Of a stretch of 52,698 nt of DNA, positions 26,577 through 36,975 are shown piece by piece. Under the pieces are notes generated by a model. The model saw only the letters and a program-made list of their open reading frames with translations, had not been told where the DNA came from and did not search any database. The DNA comes from a virus (Duplodnaviria > Caudoviricetes), in IMG/VR virus record IMGVR_UViG_3300025102_000043, positions 1-52,698 of that record; one strand, 5' to 3'. The position numbers were made by a program, and so were the translations under genes. Each line of letters opens with the position of its first letter. Within the stretch, counting starts at the first letter, position 1.

Positions 26577-27761
26577 TTAGTCCCATAAAGAAGAGTCACC
26601 AAAAATTTGGTCACTTATTTGCTTCTCTATATTACTACCTCCTTGTTTACTAGAAACCTTAGCAGGTTCAAATGATGGATTCTTTATGTCTTTTAAGACT
26701 TGTTCAGAACCTTTTGACCTATATTGATTAGCAACACTTCTAACTATTTTGTCTTGCAACTTCATAGCCATCATGTCTAATGCTAATGCTTCTCTGTCCA
26801 TGTTTCCATTTTCATCCATATAAGGGTCAAAGAAATCATCTAAATTAGCTAAAGCTTGACCTACAACCTGTTTGTCTTCATTTGTTAGTTGATAATCAAA
26901 ACTTTCATTTTCATTAATTCTAAAGGTTAAAGACTCAATACTATCTAGTTCTTCATCCATGTTATCGTAAAAATCCTCCATCCTTTCCTGTTGCTCCATT
27001 TCCATTTTATCAATCTCTTCATCAGAATAATTATCACTTAATTGCTCAGGTGACCAGTATTCCTCTTGAAGGTCTTTTAATTCGTCTTTGGCTTTTGCAA
27101 CATCTCTTTTCAGGTGAATCTTACCTAGTGTAGTATCTTCAGCGTTGTATTTCTCCTCGTTCTGTTTGTACGTGCTTTCAAAAAATAAGTCTATTTCTTT
27201 CTGAGACAAGTTAGGATTTTCTAAAGATAGGTATTCTTTTATAATATCAGAATCAGCCATTTCGTCATAATTCTGTGTTTGAGTTTTAAAGTAGTCCTCT
27301 GGACTTCTACCTGTTTCAGAAACAAATCTATTTAATTCTGCTATCTGTTCGCTAGCAAAATCATTTTCTTGTTTTTTTTCTCCCTCTAAGTCGTCTAATA
27401 AATTGTCTAAATCATCATACTCTGTGCCATACGTTTCGTTTAGCATATCCAAAGTAGCGTCATAAGAGCTATATTCATTAGCTTCCTCTTGAGGTTCCTC
27501 ATTTTCTTGCTCGTTTTCTTCTTCACGAGAATCTGATTTCAAAGAGCTTTCAATAAGCTCCTGTGGACTTTCCTCATTTTGAGTCATTTCCATAGGAGTT
27601 TCTTGTTCAGGTTGTTCTTCAGTTTGAGTTAAGTCTATTACATTATTCTCAAGCTGTGTATCCTCACTATTTTCATTAGGTGTGGATTGGTTAGCAACCT
27701 CTATTTCTGTGCCAGTTAATTCTGCGAATTCACTAGCTACATCTAATTGTTCTTCACTCAT
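26577..27761 (-). CDS. Acidic scaffold-like head assembly protein
   Basis: Very E/D-rich and helical; between portal and major capsid genes. Confidence 0.7.
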   Translation of the reverse strand: MSEEQLDVASEFAELTGTEIEVANQSTPNENSEDTQLENNVIDLTQTEEQPEQETPMEMTQNEESPQELIESSLKSDSREEENEQENEEPQEEANEYSSYDATLDMLNETYGTEYDDLDNLLDDLEGEKKQENDFASEQIAELNRFVSETGRSPEDYFKTQTQNYDEMADSDIIKEYLSLENPNLSQKEIDLFFESTYKQNEEKYNAEDTTLGKIHLKRDVAKAKDELKDLQEEYWSPEQLSDNYSDEEIDKMEMEQQERMEDFYDNMDEELDSIESLTFRINENESFDYQLTNEDKQVVGQALANLDDFFDPYMDENGNMDREALALDMMAMKLQDKIVRSVANQYRSKGSEQVLKDIKNPSFEPAKVSSKQGGSNIEKQISDQIFGDSSLWD

Positions 27762-27792
27762 ATCTATTAAATTAAATTATTATTACTTTCTG

Positions 27793-27800
27793 CAAATATA
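27793..27800 (-). promoter_or_regulatory. TATATTTG promoter element for the scaffold/capsid operon
   Basis: TATATTTGCAG in the gap upstream of ATG 27761. Confidence 0.7.
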
Positions 27801-27824
27801 TTAAATTTTATTAACAAACAATAG

Positions 27825-30287
27825 TTATTTAAAAATATTTGGCATTGGATTATCTTCTTGTATTTGTGGTGGAGCAGTTGGTTCAGGTTCCAACTCTGTC
27901 AAAGGCAGAGCTCTATCTCTTTTTTGTTCCACTATTCTTGATTGATTATAAGCAGCTTTATCTTGAGAATCTAATTTTATTTTACCTGATACATTGGCTA
28001 CTTCTTTTTTACCAGAATTATTTAAAGCAATCTCCTTCATTCTTCTTTGATGATTCATGTCTTCTAATTGATTCTTTAACTTAAACTCTGATTCTAGTCT
28101 TTTTAATTCAGAAGAAGCTTGCATTTGTATTTTAGCTTGCTCTATCTGAGCCATCATTTGAGTTTCTTGCATTTTTAATTGAGACTGTTGCTCATTAGAC
28201 TGTCTTTGTATTTCTGAGTTCATTTTTTGTGCCTCTTTAGCCTTCTTGTCTTCCTCCTCTTGATATTTCTTTCTTCTAAACATTAATACCTGATTGGCTA
28301 GTTTAACATTTTTTATTCTTCTAATAGTTATAACATCCTCTAGTCTTATTTCTTTTTGTGCTAAAGACATTTGTAGGTTAGCTTCTAATTGGCTTTTCTC
28401 TTCTTCATTTGGAGCTACATCTAAGGTTACACCAAACTCATGTATTGATATATCTTTATTTACACCAAACATTGTAACAGCTGATTTACCCAGAGCGTTT
28501 GTATATGACTTTTTCTTAGATTTACTTTCTAAAACATCTTGTAGTCTCATAATAATACATTCTGAAACTCTTTTGGTTATACTTAAATAACCATCATTTA
28601 TATTTTTAGTAGCGTTGTTGGAAGCCATTATTTGTAGTTTTTGAACCCCCACTAAGGCTTCACTTGGAGGTTTAGCACCCTCTCTAGCTTCATTAACACC
28701 TGTAACATCTCTAATCATTTGTAGATTATGAGCATATATAGATATAAGTTTTTCCATGTCACTTCCTATACCATTATCTAACTCCTGTACAGGAACAGCA
28801 CCTGTTGGTGCACCATCATCTGTAATAGTTCTATAATATATATTACCAGTTTGGTCATATATTTCTTGTAATTCTAATGGTGTAAAAGAACCACCATCTC
28901 CCTTAGAAACATTCTCTAATGCCCCTAATTCAAATGCTGCACCTTTTGGTCTAGCTTTTGCTATAACCTGCTGAAGCTTTAAATGTGCTAATTGAATTTG
29001 GTCAGCAAATGGAATCATTCTTTCAACCATAGATTTATTAACCATCTTATGAGTACCAGGTGCATATACAACATATGATAATTTAGTCTCTGTAAGGTTA
29101 GACTTGTTTCTCATCATGTTTTTAGCTAAACCATAATTTATACAATAATCTGTTCCAACAATCCATTTACCAGAATAAACAACTTTAACAGAGTTTTTAA
29201 TTAACTCTCTTTCAAATTTAGATTTTTTTGGAGTTTTATAGGAGCCCTTCTTTTTAGTAACAGTATACCCACCATAAGCATTTTTCTTTTTTTCATACTT
29301 TAGTTCGTTTACAGATAAAAATTCTGCATCCATTATAGTTACCCTGTATTTGTCATATTCAAATTCATCCTGATACTCATTCATGTAAGATTCGTAATTT
29401 GGACTTATTTGGTCGTTATGATTTTTTCCTGCAAACTCTTGAGATATTTTTTCATAATCACTTTCAGACAACTGGTCTCCAGCTATTCTTTTTAATTCAC
29501 CTATAGTTATTGTGTAAACTTCTCCTGCATGTTGTATATCGCTGTAATCTTCATTGTTAGTGTAAGATGTAACTAGATTAGCAGGGTCTACATATTTTAT
29601 TTTTACACCAGTATTTGGGTCTATAGATGTTTTTGTAGCTCCAACACCACAAGTAACTAAATCCCTAATAACTGATTTTTTAATAGCATCATAATTATTA
29701 ATATCTAAAACAAATTTAATACCATTTTCTACAGCTATTTCTGTTGACTGTTTGTAATTAAGAGCCATATGTATATCTAACTCTTCTTGAGTTTCTGGTA
29801 TATACCCTTTCTTTTGAACATCATATCCAGTAGCTTTACTAAACTCTTTCATAGCAGGATGAACAAGCATTTTAGCAAATAAAGATTTCTTATCCCTCTC
29901 TCTTAATGTTTCTGATATTGGGTCTATTGCATTTGCTACAATCTCAAACTCTTGATTTGCCAAGTCATTAACTATAAGGTCTATAAATTTAGGTATTATA
30001 TTTACAGGAGTCCAATCAAGGTTTAAGTAAGATGTATCTCCTTGAGCATCTAATAAATCTTTGTACTTAGATACATTTTGAGAACCTTGAGCATAACTTC
30101 TAGACTTAACATATCTAGACCTTCTGCTATCAACTTTCATATCAGCATTATCTTTCCAGTCATAATACATTTTTTTAAAATATGCTAAACCATATTCTAG
30201 TTTTTCTTTTTGTTCTGGTGTTGCAAATGGACTTGGGTATCCACCTACTTTTTTAACTTTATCAAAACCATTTTTTTTAAATTCCAT
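27825..30287 (-). CDS. Portal protein
   Basis: 820 aa directly after TerL; LDWTPVNIIPKFIDLIVN, MIRDVTGVNEAREG, Gln-rich C-terminal coiled coil. Confidence 0.9.
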   Translation of the reverse strand: MEFKKNGFDKVKKVGGYPSPFATPEQKEKLEYGLAYFKKMYYDWKDNADMKVDSRRSRYVKSRSYAQGSQNVSKYKDLLDAQGDTSYLNLDWTPVNIIPKFIDLIVNDLANQEFEIVANAIDPISETLRERDKKSLFAKMLVHPAMKEFSKATGYDVQKKGYIPETQEELDIHMALNYKQSTEIAVENGIKFVLDINNYDAIKKSVIRDLVTCGVGATKTSIDPNTGVKIKYVDPANLVTSYTNNEDYSDIQHAGEVYTITIGELKRIAGDQLSESDYEKISQEFAGKNHNDQISPNYESYMNEYQDEFEYDKYRVTIMDAEFLSVNELKYEKKKNAYGGYTVTKKKGSYKTPKKSKFERELIKNSVKVVYSGKWIVGTDYCINYGLAKNMMRNKSNLTETKLSYVVYAPGTHKMVNKSMVERMIPFADQIQLAHLKLQQVIAKARPKGAAFELGALENVSKGDGGSFTPLELQEIYDQTGNIYYRTITDDGAPTGAVPVQELDNGIGSDMEKLISIYAHNLQMIRDVTGVNEAREGAKPPSEALVGVQKLQIMASNNATKNINDGYLSITKRVSECIIMRLQDVLESKSKKKSYTNALGKSAVTMFGVNKDISIHEFGVTLDVAPNEEEKSQLEANLQMSLAQKEIRLEDVITIRRIKNVKLANQVLMFRRKKYQEEEDKKAKEAQKMNSEIQRQSNEQQSQLKMQETQMMAQIEQAKIQMQASSELKRLESEFKLKNQLEDMNHQRRMKEIALNNSGKKEVANVSGKIKLDSQDKAAYNQSRIVEQKRDRALPLTELEPEPTAPPQIQEDNPMPNIFK

Positions 30288-32357
30288 TTAGCGTATTTTT
30301 TTAGATATATTTCCTCTATTAGTATAAGTTTTTACAAATTTAACAAATTTTGGCGATTCTTCCTTAATTCTGACAAATTTTTGTGAAGCAAGTAAAGCTA
30401 AACTAGAACTAATGGTAGCATCAAACTTAGTTCTATTGTTTATATCAAACCTACTCCAATCATCTAAAAGATTGTTGAAATAACATTTTCCTATCTCTCC
30501 TGTGTCTGGTTTTAAGCCAACATTATCATATATATATGTTGCTACAGCTTCTGCTTGAGCATTTATAACTGCAACTCCTGAACCAGGTATACCTTTAGTT
30601 TGTTGTTTTTTGCTAAACTCTGTATGAGTAGATTCTGGTCTATCCATTAAATATTCATAATAACCCCTTCTTTCAAAGTATTTTATTATACCTATTTTGT
30701 TATTCTCAACAAGTATTTGACATCCATAAAAGACACACTGCTTAATCATGTCTTCATAAAATATTTCTGCTTTTGGTGGTCTAAATATATATTCACAAAC
30801 AAATTGTTCACAGGGAGAGTTTTCATCCATTGTAAATTTATGATACACATGGCAAGCAGCATTAGACCTTCTACCATCTGTTGTTGTGTCATGGTCATAG
30901 GGGTCACATCCTGAAACAAGGTTTATTGAGTTTCCTGGTTTTTTCTTTCCATATTTTGTTTCTATAAGATTTCTTTTATTCTCATCAGGAACCCAACATA
31001 TTTCCCATTTACCTTTATTGTTTGGTATCCATATAACTTCACTGTCTTGAATACCATTTTTCCATATAAAATCACCTTTAGTTGTTAAGTTGTCAGTAAT
31101 CTCATTATAATCCATTTGTTGATATATCTTCTCAACATCAAAAACACTAGACAATGAATCATTTCTAAAAGCTTCTTCTGAGGTAAAAGGAAACTGTCTT
31201 TTAAATTCTGACAACTCATTTGTGTTATTTTTTAAACCTTCTCTTCTGTTTTGAATGTAGTTTTTTGAACCTACATCTACATTTACACCATCCATACCCA
31301 TTATTGGTTTTTGTGGCGTGTCTGTTACAGAGAACCCATATTCATCAATAAAACCTTCTAAATTTTCTTGTGCAGGTATAAATAAAGAATATAGTCCAGA
31401 TTTAGTTCTTCTATTCAAATCTTTATCTGTAACATCTGAATCATAATACAAATTCTTATATTCTAACCCACCATCTTCTAGTTTATTAGCAGTAGAACCC
31501 ATCATACATTTACCTACAATTTTTCTACCAAGAAGAAGACAGGTTTGTGTTACTGACCAGTTCTTAGCTATAGATGTTGAGCCTGTCCATTTACCTGCCT
31601 CATCATGAACAAGTAGTTTTAGTTTCATACCATCATAACTATTATCTGCAGTGTTTCTCCAATCTATAATTGTATTAAGAGCTTCTGATTGTTGTATATG
31701 TTTATTCTTTTTAGTTATCTTTTTAGCTGGCTCTCTAAACGCTAACTCAACTCTTGGATTACTTGAACCATCTTGTATTGGTTGAAAAAAGAAAGGATAC
31801 CTTCTGTATATTCTAACCACCTTATCTGTAAACATTGTTTTAGCATCAGAACCTGTTTTAGAAAGTAAACCAAAATTAGATTCATATGTTTGTGTAGCTT
31901 GATTAACCATCTCAGCACTAGCCATATAAGAGAATCCAGAACGCCTGTTCTTTAAGAAACACATACCCATAGAATTTGGGTCTAATTTACAAGCCTCCCA
32001 AAATAAGAAAAACTTTCTATTTGCATCTCTATAGTCAGGATATCCAACATCAATATTAGACCATTGAATAAACATATAATGACTACCTGTTATATAAGTA
32101 GGTTCTCCATTATTCATAAACCAAAGACCTTCTTTTCTTCTTATAAACTCTTGCTCAATATAGTCATAGTAATCTACTGCATTGTCTCTATTTAAACCTG
32201 CAGGCATATCTTCTCTTATCCACCTTTGTTCTGCCTTTTTTTTATATGAGAATAATATATTTTTCTTTGTTGGCTTTTTAGGTAGTTGGATTTTTAATCC
32301 TTGTATTTCTATTATGTCTCCTAAACTTTTAGAGTTTAGTATTATTGGTTTAGACAT
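30288..32357 (-). CDS. terL: Terminase large subunit
   Basis: LKNRRSGFS (Walker A variant), LLVHDEAGKW (Walker B), MGST motif III, GCDPYD nuclease, VENNK, FDATIS. Confidence 0.93.
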   Translation of the reverse strand: MSKPIILNSKSLGDIIEIQGLKIQLPKKPTKKNILFSYKKKAEQRWIREDMPAGLNRDNAVDYYDYIEQEFIRRKEGLWFMNNGEPTYITGSHYMFIQWSNIDVGYPDYRDANRKFFLFWEACKLDPNSMGMCFLKNRRSGFSYMASAEMVNQATQTYESNFGLLSKTGSDAKTMFTDKVVRIYRRYPFFFQPIQDGSSNPRVELAFREPAKKITKKNKHIQQSEALNTIIDWRNTADNSYDGMKLKLLVHDEAGKWTGSTSIAKNWSVTQTCLLLGRKIVGKCMMGSTANKLEDGGLEYKNLYYDSDVTDKDLNRRTKSGLYSLFIPAQENLEGFIDEYGFSVTDTPQKPIMGMDGVNVDVGSKNYIQNRREGLKNNTNELSEFKRQFPFTSEEAFRNDSLSSVFDVEKIYQQMDYNEITDNLTTKGDFIWKNGIQDSEVIWIPNNKGKWEICWVPDENKRNLIETKYGKKKPGNSINLVSGCDPYDHDTTTDGRRSNAACHVYHKFTMDENSPCEQFVCEYIFRPPKAEIFYEDMIKQCVFYGCQILVENNKIGIIKYFERRGYYEYLMDRPESTHTEFSKKQQTKGIPGSGVAVINAQAEAVATYIYDNVGLKPDTGEIGKCYFNNLLDDWSRFDINNRTKFDATISSSLALLASQKFVRIKEESPKFVKFVKTYTNRGNISKKIR

Positions 32358-32360
32358 ATA

Positions 32361-32645
32361 TTATCTTTTTGCAAATTTCTCAGCTAAACCTTTTTCAAAG
32401 TCTTTTTCTTGTTTAAACTCTCCTTGAGCAATTTGTTCTTCTAACTTAGATATACCTATAAGTATTTCTTGTGCGTCTAAAAAACATTCTTTTTTTGCCT
32501 TAATAGCATTTCTTCTTTTCTCATCAGATAAATCAGGGTCTAATGGAGTTCTTATATCTTCTATAAGTATAGCCACAGCTTCTTTTGATGAGTCTATAAG
32601 GTCTTGTAGGGTTCTTTGTACGTATGATTTATTACTTTCCTTCAT
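32361..32645 (-). CDS. Small helical protein, candidate terminase small subunit
   Basis: 94 aa immediately upstream of terL; positional inference only. Confidence 0.45.
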   Translation of the reverse strand: MKESNKSYVQRTLQDLIDSSKEAVAILIEDIRTPLDPDLSDEKRRNAIKAKKECFLDAQEILIGISKLEEQIAQGEFKQEKDFEKGLAEKFAKR

Positions 32646-33282
32646 TGTTATATAACGCTAATATGTCTTCGTTTCTCATTCTTAACATTTTTTTACCTTC
32701 TATAGTCATCTCATATTCAGAGTTTTCTGAAAAAATAACCTCATCTCCAACATTAACCCCTTGTTCTTTTAACCAACTGTTCATATGTAACACGCTTCCA
32801 TGAAGGGTTATATCTTCTACTTCAGGTTTTATAAATATACCTGATTTAGTTTTTATGCTATCTTCGTCTTCTGTTTTTTGTTCAATAAAATTCCAATGAT
32901 GTAACATTTTTAATTTTCCTTTTCTAACTCTAGCATACATCTGTTGCCAATGAACCTTATATATATTTTCTTTATCTATCCATGTTACTAGATTTTCACT
33001 TTTAAGGTCTTGAGATGATTCATTAGCAAACTGTTGGTCTACAGTAACTGCACCAACAGAGCCTGTTATATGATGGTGAAAATAAACTTTATCACCTTTC
33101 TTAACATCAAAATCTAAACCTTCTGGTAACCAATCTGGATTTTCGTAAACAATACCATATTGTCTAGCAAACGTATATGGGTCCCATTTTACGTCTAATG
33201 AAATTTCTAAACCATTTAATTCTACAGTGTCTTCGTAAGGTTTTTCTACCTCTACCAAGAAATAATTTTTTGGTATCTTCAT
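32632..33282 (-). CDS. Tandem GroES-like co-chaperonin
   Basis: Two units: ...VKKGDKVYFHH and TKSGIFI...VNVGDEVIFS...IEGKKMLRMRNEDIL. Confidence 0.8.
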   Translation of the reverse strand: MKIPKNYFLVEVEKPYEDTVELNGLEISLDVKWDPYTFARQYGIVYENPDWLPEGLDFDVKKGDKVYFHHHITGSVGAVTVDQQFANESSQDLKSENLVTWIDKENIYKVHWQQMYARVRKGKLKMLHHWNFIEQKTEDEDSIKTKSGIFIKPEVEDITLHGSVLHMNSWLKEQGVNVGDEVIFSENSEYEMTIEGKKMLRMRNEDILALYNNEGK

Positions 33283-33283
33283 G

Positions 33284-33556
33284 TTAATTAACTTTATATT
33301 CTTCTGTATAGTTTAAATTATATTCTATTCCTGTTAAGTCAAAAAATGACTTCCACATTTCTGATTCATCTTTATCTTCCATTTTAATAAAAACATTAAA
33401 TTTTAACATTTTATATTTTATAAAGTATAAGTCATCTTGAACTATAGCTGTTATCTTTGCTTGACCCCTCATTATAGGTTGTCCAACAACATAAGTAATA
33501 CCATCTTTAATGTCTCCAACAACTATTTTTCTTATTAGTCCATTTATTAATTCCAT
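33284..33556 (-). CDS. Conserved phage hypothetical protein
   Basis: LIRKIVVG..KDG.TY.VGQ...WKSF...IEYNL; tight operon packing. Confidence 0.65.
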   Translation of the reverse strand: MELINGLIRKIVVGDIKDGITYVVGQPIMRGQAKITAIVQDDLYFIKYKMLKFNVFIKMEDKDESEMWKSFFDLTGIEYNLNYTEEYKVN

Positions 33557-33855
33557 TAGGCTTCGTATTTTTTATTATTATTAAATAAATTAAACATATG
33601 TAATTTTGCCATAGTTTCTTTTTCTTCTAGCATTTCAGTTACAGATTGTTCGTCATATGGGTTTTCAAATATCTTTTCTTCAATTACATCCATAAGAGCT
33701 TTAGACGCTAAGTCTTCATCCATATTGTGGATAACATTTGCATCTAAATCATTTAAAGTTTTACCCATTTCTATATAAGAAAATGCAAATTTTACATTAT
33801 TTTCTTTCTTTAAAGATTCTAAATCTTTTAATATTTTTTTAATTTTCTTGTTCAT
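33556..33855 (-). CDS. Hypothetical protein; start probably ATG 33855 (MNKKIKK)
   Basis: Operon packing; the shorter start minimises overlap with the upstream gene. Confidence 0.6.
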   Translation of the reverse strand: MNKKIKKILKDLESLKKENNVKFAFSYIEMGKTLNDLDANVIHNMDEDLASKALMDVIEEKIFENPYDEQSVTEMLEEKETMAKLHMFNLFNNNKKYEA

Positions 33856-34246
33856 TATTTTCTTCATCGTCATCATAAATATCATAATGTACTTTTAAAT
33901 CTTCTACATTATCAAATGGTGTTCCATTGATATTAGCAAAACCACCTAGTTTAATAGATTGAGCCATTTCCTCATACTCTCCATGTTTTTCTTTATATAT
34001 AGCTACTTTTAATAAAATAAGGTATCCTATTAAATCTGAAACTGTATCTTCTGTATTATCATTAATACCCTTGTTTTGTATACGCATAAGCTTATCGTCT
34101 ATACGTGCACATAAAGAATCTATTGGTGAACCTGATGAGAATACGTTTGATGGATTGGTGGCACTGTCTCCATATGCCTTATTTTTAGATATTAAAAGGT
34201 CTTTCATTTCATCTGTGACCTTTATTATTAAGTCTTCTGTCTTCAT
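33839..34246 (-). CDS. DUF1599 / nucleotide-modification-associated domain protein (MazG-like helical fold)
   Basis: KNKAYGDSA...RIDDKLMRI...DTVSDLIGYLILL. Confidence 0.8.
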   Translation of the reverse strand: MKTEDLIIKVTDEMKDLLISKNKAYGDSATNPSNVFSSGSPIDSLCARIDDKLMRIQNKGINDNTEDTVSDLIGYLILLKVAIYKEKHGEYEEMAQSIKLGGFANINGTPFDNVEDLKVHYDIYDDDEENNEQEN

Positions 34247-34267
34247 ATATATTAAATTAAATTTCTA

Positions 34268-34275
34268 TAAATATA
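34268..34275 (-). promoter_or_regulatory. TATATTTA promoter element
   Basis: Follows a terminator and precedes ATG 34246; same layout as at 23588. Confidence 0.5.
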
Positions 34276-34276
34276 C

Positions 34277-34304
34277 AAAAAAAAAGGCTACCAAAAAGTA
34301 GCCT
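34277..34304 (-). terminator. Intrinsic terminator
   Basis: AGGCTAC-TTTTTG-GTAGCCT followed by a T-tract on the minus strand. Confidence 0.8.
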
Positions 34305-34326
34305 AATTTAAAAGTTATAAACAAAT

Positions 34327-34776
34327 TTATGAACTGGCTACAAAAAGCTCTATATCAACAGCTGCACTTCCAGTTGGTTGAACACTTATTTTTTCTAAGT
34401 CAGTCATTGTCCCAAACGATGGACTAGTGTCTGCTTCAGATAATATTAAGTCATCAACTGCACCCAAAACGTGACTTTGTTTTGCAGTTAAAGTAATTTG
34501 ATAAAGTGTAGCAGCAGCAATAAAAGCAACCTCAACTGTTTCTGTGTCGTCAAGATTAGTTATTCTAACATATTTAGCGTCTGCTTTCTTAATAGCACCA
34601 TCAGAAGCATGTCCTGTAGCAGCAAAAACTGCTATTGTTGTTGCATGACCATTAACGCATGAAACCTTTCTTTTAAACGCTTCGTTTATATTTTGTATTA
34701 TAAAAGTATTAGATGAACCATATTGATTACCTTCTAGTTCTAAATTCTCTTTATGTGTGACTGTTAGTGTTGCCAT
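34327..34776 (-). CDS. Probable small beta-rich virion protein
   Basis: MATLTVT..E...L.G..YGS...KYVRITNLDD...DIELFVAS; follows the fibre gene. Confidence 0.6.
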   Translation of the reverse strand: MATLTVTHKENLELEGNQYGSSNTFIIQNINEAFKRKVSCVNGHATTIAVFAATGHASDGAIKKADAKYVRITNLDDTETVEVAFIAAATLYQITLTAKQSHVLGAVDDLILSEADTSPSFGTMTDLEKISVQPTGSAAVDIELFVASS

Positions 34777-34783
34777 TTTATAT

Positions 34784-36796
34784 TTATATTAAGTTTCTAC
34801 TTATTTTTTGATAATGAACTGTAACTTCTCTAGTTCCTGTATGTCTTGTTACTAGATTTATTTGTGGAACAAGATGAGCAGTGTCTAAAAGAGCTGCACC
34901 TTTAGTTGATGTACTTGCAGCTTGTCTTCCATATATATATATGTCTGAAGCGTCAGGAAAAGATTTTGTTGATGCAGCAGTGATAGTTATGCTTGTTGCA
35001 GAAGTTACAGCAGTTACTGTTCCCCAAGCAACACCTGTTGAATTTGTTATAACATCACCAACAACAAATTGAGTTGTAGCATCTGAGGTTGTGGTTATAA
35101 CATGAGAACCACCACCTGTTAAACTTACTGCCCCATTAGTGTTAATACCACTGTCACCTACACCTGATATAACTGTTAAACCATATTGTTGTTCATTTAT
35201 AAAAACAGAAGGTTGTCTTGAATCATCTATATCTATTTTAAATCTATATGTTGTTCCTTCAGCTACAGGTAAACCTAAATTAGTAACATAATCAGTTCCA
35301 TTATTGCTATAAACACAGTGCCATGTTGTCCCTGTTCCTTGATATCTATTGAAACTATGTGCACCTGTAATATCTGAATCATAATAAAACATTACTTGGT
35401 CTGCATATTGTGTATGAGTATGAGAGTCTTGTAAAAGAGCTGCTCCACCTAAACCTACAATATATCTTACAGTGTCTTTGGCATTAGCTTCAGTAGCGTG
35501 TGTTGTTATAGCACATTCCCATGAAGTTTCATCTGCTGCACCAAATGTAACATTTTTCCAAGCTGATTGAGCAGTATCTTCATGTGGCATAATAACAGTT
35601 TCGTCTCCATTAGTACCTGATGTTGTTAAAAGTATTCCAGCTCTATTTGCATCAAACCCAGATACAGGAGTTCCTTGACCATCTATCTCAAAGTCTATAT
35701 TTGTACTTATTGCAATACTACCATTTGCTTTTGGTAATTGTTTAAAATATTCCTCTAACTCATACCTACCACCATCTCCAGTTATTTGAGTAGCAGTTAG
35801 TGTACCTGTAACAAGAACATCACCTAGCACATGAAGTTTGGACGTTGGAGAGTCTGTTCCTATACCAACATTACCAGCACTTGTTATTCTCACTCTTTCT
35901 GCAGGATTAGCACTAACACTTCCATCTTTAGTGCTAAAAATCATAAAAGAATCTTGCGTAGAATTTGAGGAGGTCCAGTTGGTTTCTGTACCTACAACTA
36001 AACTTGCTGCTTTTGCTACTGCTGGTGTAGAAGCATCATAGTAAAATTGGTTAAACACAAGTCCTGTTTTTGTATTTATCATAGAAGCAGCATTACCCTT
36101 ATTTGTTATGCTAACAATATCTTTTTGTCCTATTGCTGCACCTGTTTCTGCTACCTCTAATGTAGAAGTTGGAGCAATAACATTCTCTCCAATACCTATT
36201 TTTTTACCAGAGCCATCTACAGAAAGTAGTGTTTCAGAATTGCTAAACACTTCAAAAGTTCTAACTTCTGGTGGAGCATTAACTCTAATTTGATGATTTG
36301 TGGCAGAACCACCACCTATATCTATATAACCAGAACTTGGGTTTGACTTACCTATACCTATAGCCCCAGTAGCTGAACCATTCATTATAACCACTTCACC
36401 AGCACTAGAATGTGCACCAGTGTTACTCATTATATAATTACTGTTAGCTTGAGCTGCTGTGCTTGATGTACCACCACCCACAGTAGCAACTGGATTACAG
36501 TCACCTATACAAAAAGAATATTGAGTTCCTTTTCCTATTATAAATGATGCATTACCATTGTCTATTGTTACAGCTTGAGCTGAACCAGCGTTTATATGTA
36601 ATTTAGCTACAGATGGGTCAACCCCTATACCAAGAGTTGTTGCAGCCTTTACCTTACCAGTAGCTATAAATAAATCACTATCATTTCCAGCACCATCTTC
36701 AACAGCAGTTAATGATGATGTTAACGTAGAGTCACTAGCAGTTTTTAATAAACTACTAAATCTATTTGCTACAGTTTGTCCACTTAATGTTGCCAT
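34784..36796 (-). CDS. Tail fibre/spike protein
   Basis: G/T/S/A-rich; ERVRITSAGNVGIGTDSPTSKLHVLG and further xGIG..P...L.V repeats typical of Bacteroidota phage fibres. Confidence 0.8.
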   Translation of the reverse strand: MATLSGQTVANRFSSLLKTASDSTLTSSLTAVEDGAGNDSDLFIATGKVKAATTLGIGVDPSVAKLHINAGSAQAVTIDNGNASFIIGKGTQYSFCIGDCNPVATVGGGTSSTAAQANSNYIMSNTGAHSSAGEVVIMNGSATGAIGIGKSNPSSGYIDIGGGSATNHQIRVNAPPEVRTFEVFSNSETLLSVDGSGKKIGIGENVIAPTSTLEVAETGAAIGQKDIVSITNKGNAASMINTKTGLVFNQFYYDASTPAVAKAASLVVGTETNWTSSNSTQDSFMIFSTKDGSVSANPAERVRITSAGNVGIGTDSPTSKLHVLGDVLVTGTLTATQITGDGGRYELEEYFKQLPKANGSIAISTNIDFEIDGQGTPVSGFDANRAGILLTTSGTNGDETVIMPHEDTAQSAWKNVTFGAADETSWECAITTHATEANAKDTVRYIVGLGGAALLQDSHTHTQYADQVMFYYDSDITGAHSFNRYQGTGTTWHCVYSNNGTDYVTNLGLPVAEGTTYRFKIDIDDSRQPSVFINEQQYGLTVISGVGDSGINTNGAVSLTGGGSHVITTTSDATTQFVVGDVITNSTGVAWGTVTAVTSATSITITAASTKSFPDASDIYIYGRQAASTSTKGAALLDTAHLVPQINLVTRHTGTREVTVHYQKISRNLI

Positions 36797-36799
36797 ATT

Positions 36800-36973
36800 T
36801 TAAATTTCAAATCCAAAGTTTAATACCATAAATCTAAACCTTGCACAGTTTGTTTTTTCACATATACTGCAAGGGCAGTATTTTAATTCAAATACAGTTA
36901 TAGTGCCAAGCCTTACAGACACACCATATTTTTCTTTTTTATTTCCAGCTCTCCATGAGTTTATCCAATTCAT
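36800..36973 (-). CDS. 57-aa Cys-containing protein (not in ORF track)
   Basis: MNWINSWRAGNKKEKYGVSVRLGTITVFELKYCPCSICEKTNCARFRFMVLNFGFEI; fills the gap between neighbours with 2-3 nt spacing. Confidence 0.8.
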   Translation of the reverse strand: MNWINSWRAGNKKEKYGVSVRLGTITVFELKYCPCSICEKTNCARFRFMVLNFGFEI

Positions 36974-36975
36974 AA

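Noticed and set aside
27825-32357. Introns or inteins in terL or portal
   Set aside because: Both are uninterrupted, of ordinary length, and show no intein terminal motifs
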